Shown here: one piece after another, positions 17,953-26,600 of the stretch
How the letters are laid out: each line of letters opens with the position of its first letter
Numbering within the stretch: the first letter of the stretch is position 1
Source: Thermoplasmata archaeon
Lineage (GTDB): Archaea; Thermoplasmatota; Thermoplasmata; Thermoplasmatales; Thermoplasmataceae
NCBI GenBank assembly: GCA_021800105.1
Contig: JAJYZI010000002.1
Location: 1,390-65,389 of the forward strand
Direction of reading: 5' to 3'
DNA: 64,000 nt
Made by a program: the position numbers and the translations under genes
Notes under the pieces: generated by a model
Databases searched by the model: none
Told to the model about the DNA's origin: nothing
The model's input: the letters and a program-made list of their open reading frames with translations, nothing else

Positions 17953-20283
17953 CTATTTGACCTGCTCGCCGTTGGTCTTTATGAATTCCACCTCGCCTTC
18001 CTCAGTTTTTTCCACGTTCTCGTCGTCATCGTTTTCAACCAGGCCGTCCTGGTCAAAGTGGCATATATACATCCTGTCTGCTCCTCTCCTGACGGGGGGA
18101 GGAGTGCCTTCGCATATGTCCTTCCTGAAAACGCACCTGTCGTAGAACCTGCAACCGGCGTGAACGTCGACGGAATTCCCGACTTCACCGAGAATCTTCA
18201 GGTCATGGTGGATCCAGTCAGGATCAGGTGACGGGACAGCATTGATCAGCGCCTTGGTATAAGGATGGAAAGGCATCTTGATGATCTCCTCTACAGGGCC
18301 GTACTCAACTGCAACGCCGAGATACATAACTGCAACATAATCTGAAACGTATCTTGCAGAAGCAATATCATGCGATATGTACATTATCGACATGCCGTAT
18401 TCGTTCCTAAGATGGAGGAGAAGATTCATTACGTTAGCCCTTATCGATACGTCAAGCATAGATATAGGCTCGTCCGCAAGCAGGAAATCTGGACGCTGTA
18501 TAAGTGCGCGGGCGATCGAGACCCTCTGCCTTTCCCCGCCGGAAAGTTCATGTGGGTACCTGTTTATATAGTTACCTGCCGGAGTGAGATTGGCAATTTC
18601 AAGCGCCCTTGAAACTTCTGCAAGCACATCTGGCTGCTCGTGTGCCTTTTTCTTTGGAAGCGATGCATTCTGGCTGGATGCTTTCAGTTCATCTAGTTCT
18701 GCGAACGTATGCGATCCAAGGCTTGATAATAATGGCTCCGACACTATGTCTAGAATGGTCATCTTGGGATTTATTGAGTCGTATGGATCCTGGAAGATTA
18801 GCTGGGTGGCCTTCCTGTAAGCCCTGAATTCCCTTGATCTTTCGTGCAGCACAGATACGTCTACTCTTTTTACTTCCCCGTCGGACAGGTAGGAATACAC
18901 AATTTTCCCGGATGTCGGATGGAGTGTCATAAGAATAGTTCGTCCAAGTGTAGTCTTTCCTGAACCGCTCTCTCCAACTACGCCAAGGATTTGCCCTTTC
19001 TTGATTTCGAGATCGATGTGATCCACCGCCCTGACATATTTCTTCTTCCCTAGGCCAAAAAGGGCTCCTGCTGCACTAGCGGAAAGCTCGAAATACTTTG
19101 TAAGGTTTGAACTCTCAATCACGTTGAATGCTTTATCCGCATAATCCTTGCTTTCCTGAATATTCTCAGCGATAAGCTTCAATCTACCCTCACCCATGTC
19201 GTTCACGAACTCCTTAGTGTGCAAACACAGGCTCAGATGGCCAGGCGAAGCTTCTACATATTGAGGCATATGATCGGAGCAGTCGGGCTTGGCATAGAAA
19301 CACCTTGTCGCAAAGTAACAGGCTTTCGGCAGGTTCAGAAGATCCGGAACTGCCCCGGGAATTCCTGTAACAACGGTTCGGGTGGATCTTATAGAAGGAT
19401 AGCTCCTCATAAGTGCCACTGTATACGGATTGAAACTGTTCTTGAAGACTTCCTTTGCAGTGCCGAGTTCCATAATCTTGCCAGCATAAAGGACCGCAAC
19501 ACGATCAGCAAGCTGGGATACAACACCAACGTCGTGGGATATTATCACCATGGATCTTATCGTGCCGCTATCTCTGAGGTTCTTGAGCTCCTTAATGATC
19601 TTGGCCTGTGTGATTACATCAAGACCCGTTGTGGGCTCGTCGGCTATTATAAGCTGGGGATTCAGTGCAAGCGCCATGGCTATGACGGCCCTCTGCTTCA
19701 TCCCACCGCTTAACTGGTGCGGGTATGAATCCAGGAACCTCGTGTTGAAACCGGATAGCTTCGATGACTCGTTGATCCTGTCATTAATCTCCTCGACCGA
19801 CATGAGAGGTTCATGTATATCAAAGACCTCCCGGATCTGCTTCCTTACAGTGTAGACGGGATTCAGGGAATTCATTGCCCCCTGGAAGACCATTGCGATC
19901 GATTTCCACCTCAATGTCGTAAGGCGTTCATCCAGGATCCTCCTGGAGGATTTGCGGAGCTTGAAGTAAGCCCTGCCTGATGTTTCGGCAGAGGTCACGA
20001 CTTCTTCGTCCTCAAGGTCACCTGCAATACGGTTGACGAACCGTACCTCACCGCCAACGCTTGCATTGTCAGGCAGTAAAGACATCATAGCAGTTGCAAG
20101 AGTTGATTTCCCTGATCCGCTCTCACCGATTATTCCTAGAATTTCTCCTTCCTTAAGATCGAAGTTTATATTGGAAAGAGCCTGTATCTCCCCATCAATT
20201 GTCTTGAACCTGACAGAAAGGTCATTAACCCTGACAATAGTCTTACTCATCGTCCTGTCTGTCTTGAAGGCGCCTATTTGCAT
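17953..20283 (-). CDS. Fused double-NBD ATPase of an Opp/Dpp-type ABC transporter (DppD-DppF fusion)
   Basis: Two Walker A motifs (GESGSGKST, GESGSGKTT), two LSGG signatures (LSGGMKQR, LSGGERQR) and two oligopeptide-transporter C-terminal Cys-rich regions (CYFATRC.., CRFYDRC..). It ends in an acidic tail. Confidence 0.9.
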   Translation of the reverse strand: MQIGAFKTDRTMSKTIVRVNDLSVRFKTIDGEIQALSNINFDLKEGEILGIIGESGSGKSTLATAMMSLLPDNASVGGEVRFVNRIAGDLEDEEVVTSAETSGRAYFKLRKSSRRILDERLTTLRWKSIAMVFQGAMNSLNPVYTVRKQIREVFDIHEPLMSVEEINDRINESSKLSGFNTRFLDSYPHQLSGGMKQRAVIAMALALNPQLIIADEPTTGLDVITQAKIIKELKNLRDSGTIRSMVIISHDVGVVSQLADRVAVLYAGKIMELGTAKEVFKNSFNPYTVALMRSYPSIRSTRTVVTGIPGAVPDLLNLPKACYFATRCFYAKPDCSDHMPQYVEASPGHLSLCLHTKEFVNDMGEGRLKLIAENIQESKDYADKAFNVIESSNLTKYFELSASAAGALFGLGKKKYVRAVDHIDLEIKKGQILGVVGESGSGKTTLGRTILMTLHPTSGKIVYSYLSDGEVKRVDVSVLHERSREFRAYRKATQLIFQDPYDSINPKMTILDIVSEPLLSSLGSHTFAELDELKASSQNASLPKKKAHEQPDVLAEVSRALEIANLTPAGNYINRYPHELSGGERQRVSIARALIQRPDFLLADEPISMLDVSIRANVMNLLLHLRNEYGMSIMYISHDIASARYVSDYVAVMYLGVAVEYGPVEEIIKMPFHPYTKALINAVPSPDPDWIHHDLKILGEVGNSVDVHAGCRFYDRCVFRKDICEGTPPPVRRGADRMYICHFDQDGLVENDDDENVEKTEEGEVEFIKTNGEQVK

Positions 20284-22635
20284 TTAGCGCCTCCTCAGAC
20301 GTGGATTTACGACCTCATCAAGTCCCCTTGATGCAAAGATAAAAGCAAATATGAACATGGTTAACGCAATTGCAGGGGGTAGAACCCACCATGGTGCCAA
20401 TACCGCATAATAAAAGTTGCCAAGGACAGAGTTCAGCATTCCTCCCCATGTAGAAAGGTTGAGTGGTGCAAGGCCAAGGAACTGCAATCCTGCTACTGCT
20501 GCCACTCCCCCGCTTATGGCAAGCGAAAGAAGGTAAAGGGTTAGGGGAGCAATATTAGGAAGTATGTGCCTTCTCATTATGCCAAAGAATCCTGCCCCAG
20601 ACACCCTCGCAGCCTCAACAAATGTCCTGGACTTGATTTGCCTCACTATTCCGATCAGTGTGAATGTCGTAAATGGCCATGAAACTATCGTTACGATCCA
20701 TACGAGATTGGTGAAACTCGAGCCAATTACTGATTGCAATGCTATCAGTAAAGCCAATCCTGGTATAAGATATACTGAAAGTGAGACAACTTCGAATATA
20801 CTGCCAACTGCGCCCCCTTTGTAGCCAATGAGCATTGCGGCAAGCAATGCAATGGCAATTGTTGCTATTCCTATCATGACTCCAAGGAGCCAGTCCGTCC
20901 AAAAACTTTGAATGAACTGTGCGAAAAGATCCTGCCCCTCTTGATTCGTTCCCAGAGGGAATATCGCACCTGTTACTGTATGAAAAGTTGGAGGAATCGG
21001 GTTCAGATCATATGCATTCGTATCATATATGTAAAAAATCCCAGTGGATGCAATCACGCCTATGGCGCTCCTGCCCGTAGCCACGTCGTAGAAAGTTATG
21101 GGTTGGGAAACGTTGACTGGAGTGGGGGTAAGCGTTGCCCTCCATGTGAAAGGATATGATCCATTCCCTGTTTGCAAGGAAAAAACCAAACCATGGGATG
21201 ACGCTATGATAAATGTAGAAGCGAAATTGTCGTAGATCGGATTCGTAAGATAACTACCATAACCTGATGGAAGAACATAGTTCCTGGTAGTATAGTTGTT
21301 ATGATTGATATAGCTGTTGTTTAAACTAAGATTAGCGGTCCCGTTTTCCTTCTTTAAAACCGAGTATAGGCTTGATGTGATGTAAACACTGGTTGCAGTC
21401 TCTGATATAAGAACGGTAGGAAAACCAACACTACCATAGGAGCTTGCGAAGCCAGTGATTCTAGACGATGAATGCAAGATCAGAGTAAGATTTCTAGTCG
21501 TCAGATTTACAGAGTACACGTTGTTATTAGCTGTGGCAATGAATAATGAATTATAGGATTGCGACTCAAGCTCATAATCCCTTGGGACGTATGGTCCCTG
21601 AACCACAGAACTATTTGTTTTGATGCTCCAAACAGGGTTTCCACTAAGTGGAGAATATGCTGTAAGGTTGTTACTATAAGACACAATAACCAAGGACTGA
21701 TCAGCTACTAACCCTAACTCAAAGTAAGAACCGTAATATACTACGTTTCTTGGAGGGGTGTTTGTGTTCAATTTAATTGCCCACCTGTGAACTAGAGGAA
21801 AGGCCTGGAATTCGTTCAGGTAATAGCCAGTAATATTGTGTGAGACTACGAATATAAAACCCGGATTCCCTATTTCTTCACTTGGATTAGAATAGTAACC
21901 TCCAGGTAGATTATAAAAAGGTACCCAAGTTGGAAGAGTGAATTGAAGTGGTCCAGAATCACTTACCGGTGCAGAGGAAATTGTACCGTTGACGGATCCA
22001 TGTGAAACAGATACGAATGTTGGCTTTCCTGCTCCTACTTGAGATCCAGTCCAACCTGCCTTACCAATGTACAGATTTCCGTTGGCCGTTGATAAAAGAA
22101 TAAAATTTTGTAATTGATACTGCCCTGCTGAAATAGCTGGTCCATAATTAAGTAATGGAATGATTATTGGAGAAAGTAGAGGATTATTATTACTAACGGG
22201 AACGTGGTAAAGATAAAAAGATGAATTAACAGGCGTCGTTCCAGTTGAGCCTATTCCTTCCGAGTATAGAGAACCATTTGACAATGCATAATAAATTACA
22301 TAAGAACCCGTCGTGCCCGGTGAGGATGCCAATGGTCCAAAATAACTGAGACCACTCTTATTTGTAGTATTATTTGAACCCAAGTATATTGCAGCCCTTT
22401 CCTTTGCTACGTGTGTATCAATCCCCGGAGCTATATAAGAATATGGCTGTGGCGCCAATAAAGGTGAAAGCAAGGCGATTATGGCGAATATTAGCAAGAT
22501 ATAAAAACCAGTTTTGCCATATTTGGATTTCATGTAAATTCTGAACTGTGCCCTATAATGCTGCAAAGTTCGCTGGCGCTTCAATTTCCGCAAGCGCTTG
22601 TTGTTCTCGTATTGTTTCTTTTCATCACTTATCAA
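20284..22635 (-). CDS. DppC/OppC-like ABC permease with an extracytoplasmic insertion of about 500 aa
   Basis: N-terminal TM1 (res about 44-62), then about 500 Cys-free, sequon-rich residues. These are followed by the conserved PLGTNQEGQDLF (LGTD..GRD-like) motif and a five-helix BPD-type permease core (..SRTFVEAARVSGAG..). Confidence 0.8.
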   Translation of the reverse strand: MISDEKKQYENNKRLRKLKRQRTLQHYRAQFRIYMKSKYGKTGFYILLIFAIIALLSPLLAPQPYSYIAPGIDTHVAKERAAIYLGSNNTTNKSGLSYFGPLASSPGTTGSYVIYYALSNGSLYSEGIGSTGTTPVNSSFYLYHVPVSNNNPLLSPIIIPLLNYGPAISAGQYQLQNFILLSTANGNLYIGKAGWTGSQVGAGKPTFVSVSHGSVNGTISSAPVSDSGPLQFTLPTWVPFYNLPGGYYSNPSEEIGNPGFIFVVSHNITGYYLNEFQAFPLVHRWAIKLNTNTPPRNVVYYGSYFELGLVADQSLVIVSYSNNLTAYSPLSGNPVWSIKTNSSVVQGPYVPRDYELESQSYNSLFIATANNNVYSVNLTTRNLTLILHSSSRITGFASSYGSVGFPTVLISETATSVYITSSLYSVLKKENGTANLSLNNSYINHNNYTTRNYVLPSGYGSYLTNPIYDNFASTFIIASSHGLVFSLQTGNGSYPFTWRATLTPTPVNVSQPITFYDVATGRSAIGVIASTGIFYIYDTNAYDLNPIPPTFHTVTGAIFPLGTNQEGQDLFAQFIQSFWTDWLLGVMIGIATIAIALLAAMLIGYKGGAVGSIFEVVSLSVYLIPGLALLIALQSVIGSSFTNLVWIVTIVSWPFTTFTLIGIVRQIKSRTFVEAARVSGAGFFGIMRRHILPNIAPLTLYLLSLAISGGVAAVAGLQFLGLAPLNLSTWGGMLNSVLGNFYYAVLAPWWVLPPAIALTMFIFAFIFASRGLDEVVNPRLRRR

Positions 22636-22644
22636 AATATCACC

Positions 22645-23625
22645 TTAAACTCTAATTCTTGGGTCCAACCAAGCATGAACGTAATCTACAATTAAATATG
22701 CGAAAATAGTAACAACTGAAATCATAAAGGTAGCAGCCTCAATCAAGGGGTAATCTTCCTTTAATGTTGCTTCGTACAGATAATAGCCTATTCCCGGATA
22801 TGAAAAAATAATATCCACTATCAATGCACCACTCAATATCAACGCAAACTCCAGTGCCATTCTTGTAGATACTGGAATGAGGGCATTTCGTGCTGCGTGC
22901 TTTCTCAGTATATCTTTTTCCTTTACTCCCTTGGCCCTTGCGGTAGTTATGAAATCTTCCCCTAAAATCGATACCATTGTTGCCCTCATTGTAATCAAGT
23001 GGCCTGCTGCCCCGATTAAGAAAAGAGAAACCAAAGGGATAGTGATTGTCCGTATAACACTAAGAACGCTGAAGAAAGTTGGATGCTCTAGTTCGGTAAA
23101 ACTGAAATATCCGGAAACTGGAAACCATTGAAGATAAGCTATAAGGTAAAGGTAGAGTAGAACAGCCAGCACAAGATAAGGAATTGAACTCACGATCAAA
23201 CTTGAGGTTAATATCGCAGTCTCGCTCTTTTTCCCCCTCAGTCTTGTTGTTGTTATTCCAAGTGGGATTCCAAAAATCCATCCAAGCACAGCAGCAGATC
23301 CCACGAGAACGAGGGTATATGGAAGAGCCGTGAAAATGATCTGACTCACCGTTGCTCCATAATAATAGTCATTTCCCCAGTTACCTGAAAACATGTCGTA
23401 CATAAAAGTCGTAAATGCAGTATAAGACCACTTACCGTTCTGAAGTCCAAATTGCCGAAGAAGAGCCTCCTTCTGCTGTAAATCCGGTTTAACTTTAAAT
23501 GACAAAAGGATTAGATCAGCTGGATTACCTGGCATCAACCTGAATATGACGAAGATGATAATAGCGACTAAAAAAAGGAGAACAATCCCCTGAATTAATT
23601 TCCTTACTGCAACAAAAGCATTCAT
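22645..23625 (-). CDS. DppB/OppB-like ABC permease
   Basis: 326 aa, six TM helices, EAA-type loop ..DFITTARAKGVKEKDILRKHAARNAL.. Confidence 0.85.
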   Translation of the reverse strand: MNAFVAVRKLIQGIVLLFLVAIIIFVIFRLMPGNPADLILLSFKVKPDLQQKEALLRQFGLQNGKWSYTAFTTFMYDMFSGNWGNDYYYGATVSQIIFTALPYTLVLVGSAAVLGWIFGIPLGITTTRLRGKKSETAILTSSLIVSSIPYLVLAVLLYLYLIAYLQWFPVSGYFSFTELEHPTFFSVLSVIRTITIPLVSLFLIGAAGHLITMRATMVSILGEDFITTARAKGVKEKDILRKHAARNALIPVSTRMALEFALILSGALIVDIIFSYPGIGYYLYEATLKEDYPLIEAATFMISVVTIFAYLIVDYVHAWLDPRIRV

Positions 23626-23694
23626 AGCATTTCCTCTTATATGATGAAATAAACAAATTAGAATTTATAAAGATAATGAAAGATTAAAAAATTT

Positions 23695-26600
23695 TCATTG
23701 ACCGACTGGAGGCTTCTTTCTTCTCATCATCAACCCTACAGCTGCTCCTATTACTATCACGGCAACCACTACACCGATTACCACATATAATAGAGTGTTG
23801 TTGGGGGTCTTTGACACTGAATGGAAACTTACTGACACAGAAACAGGTTGCCCTGAAACGGTGAAAGAAACCGAAGATGAACTCGGTAGGTAGTTAGAGG
23901 CAGTAGTATTGAAAGTAACACTGTAAGTGCCGTTAGGTTCATTAAAGCTAATTGTTGTAGAGGTTGAGTTCAATTTTGTCCCATTTGCCAACATTACATA
24001 CCAACTAGACCCAGATGGCAGCCCTGATTCAGTGACGGTTACCGAATATAAGACTTGCTTGAAAACAAGACTTATGTTAACCGAGGCCCCCTTCACCTGG
24101 AAAGAGCCGCTATGTGCAGAGATTAGATTATAGCCAGCAACTGGAGCAACTGAGTAAGAGTATGTTCCATTAAATTCTCTTATCGTAGCAAGTGAAGATG
24201 AGGAGGAAATTAGAGTGCCATTTACAGTTACAGACCAAGTGGTACCAGACGCTAGGCCAGTCTCACTAAAAGTGACCGAGTAAGAGTAAACGAACGAAGC
24301 ATGTTGACTTACTGGGGCACCATTTACTGTAATCTGACCAGATGTACCTAAGTAGTCAACATCGGAAGATGAAACCACGTAGCTGTAAGTGCCATTAACC
24401 AATTCAAATGTTATTGATGATGTTGTAGAGGTATTTGATTGCCCATTTGAAAGGTTAACAGTCCAAGCTGTCCCTGCAGGTAGTGCGTTTTCACTGAAGG
24501 TAACTGTGTAAGTTGGTGGATAGATTGGAGTCGAGTAGACTGTCAGCGAATCTGCAGGAGTTGCCGCGGTACCGTTCTGCCCAAGTGCAGTGATTATGAA
24601 CGAGTCAAAGGGGACTGCTGAATTCTTCTCATATGGAGACGGCACCAGAACCTTTGTAGTGTTATAGTTGTAGAACCCTGGATAGAAGGTAGCAGAAGCC
24701 ACACCATTTGCATTTGTCACCAATTGTATTGCCGAGAGATATGAGCTTCCAAAGAGGGAGTTCGGATTCGGTGCTAGCATTAATGTGCCAGTCGTGTTGT
24801 TGAAGTATCCCCTGTTGGCACCAAGAATATTCTGTGATTGGAGATCCACTGTATATCCCTTTACAGGGGACCCAGTCGTAGCATTAACTACAGTTGCGGA
24901 TACAGTAATATGGCCATTGTAGGCCATAGTATCGCTGCTTACACTAATCGATACATTATCCTTCGGGGTTCCAGATAACATCTCAACCGGGAACTCAATA
25001 GGCTGCTGGACACCATATCCGTTCTTTGTACCAAATATGGGGCTGACGCTGGAAGAGGTAGTCCACTCAGCTGGGAGCATATAGTAAGGTGCCCCGGAAA
25101 CCGGTGTGCCTTCTGCAATACTTCCAAGGAAGATGTAGGTGAAATTCTGATATCCGTAGGACGCATAGTCATATGAGGTGTTTGCCTGTATCCAGAAATA
25201 GACAGTACCATTAGGTCCAGTCAACCCGCTAATGGAAGTTACGTTCGGATTGGACGGATTTCCAACATCATTAACCGAATAGTACGAGTAATTCAAGTAC
25301 CCACTTGGGCAAGCCGGACAAACTATGGATTGCGCCGTCGATGTATTCGTTTCAGATTCACCAGGATAGGCAGGCGTCATGAGGATTGCACCACTTGCTA
25401 CTTGAATCGTATAACTGAAGTTAGATATCGGATTTCCATTCGTAGCATTTTCAAACTTCATCCAATAGAGCTGTTTGTTGTTTCCCGATAGCTTGGGTGT
25501 TGGCGGGGTCACAACTTTTAGTCCCTGCGGGAGTACGTTCGCGAGAGCAGAGCCCAAACCTGGTTCAACTGACGAGTTCCCTGTCGCAACTGCTGTGAAA
25601 TTGAGTCTTCCGAAGTATTGGCTTGTGTAAATAAGCGGCTGAGTGCTTAGAACGGTAAATTTCCAGACATATTGCCCGGCACTGTTAGTTATACCTGTGT
25701 CGCTTGTAATATTTAATGTTGCGCCAGTTGGAGACACCCCAACCGTTACATTTGCACCGGACACCGGGGCGCCTGTCAAATTGCTAGTTACCTTTACAAT
25801 AGCTGTTCCCTTCTGACCATTGAAGAACGTAGAGTTACTGACCTGCACTGATACGTCATACTTGGAAGTATAGTGGGACGTGAGACTGCTGGTTCTCATA
25901 TGTGTTGTCAATACAGCCCAATACATATAAGCGGCGTACGGAACCTCGATCTCGGAGATGTTTGTGAACGTTGTGTTTGTGAAAGGAAGAATGTCAATAC
26001 CATACCCAAGGTTGATCAATGTTGATTCAATTGCTCCTATTCCCTGTATTTCATCAGATATTGAAATCCTAGTCACTATATTGGTTATAGAATTCAATTT
26101 AACTGTCAGGTTGTTTAAAGTATCATTAACTTGTGCCCCAGTTAGAGTTTTGCCACCATAGCTGATAGTGCTCCACGGCCCCAGGTAGAATCCAGTTCCA
26201 TATCCAAGGTTATAGTTGTACGTTTCAAGGTAAAATCCTGTTGGATCTCCTGATACGCCCGTTATTCCCAACGAAATTACATTATAGTTGTAATTGTCTA
26301 GGTTTGGTATTAAAGTGGTAAATGATTCCTGTGTAACAGTCGTTGGAACTCCTATTGAAGTCCACTCTGAAGCAATTACAAGTGCACCCTCTACACCAAG
26401 CGGATTTGGCCCAGCACTTGTAATTTGTATGTTTGCGGTTACTCGCACGTTGTTATAATACCATACACCGCTTTCGTTCTTCATTCCAGGGATACTGCCA
26501 ATGAGACTTTCTGCTTTAGCAGGGTTATATGTGTAGGTAGGAGTGGAATCGTTTCTCCAAAGTGGGTCGGATGGAGGTATAATTGGTTGTCCAAGAATAT

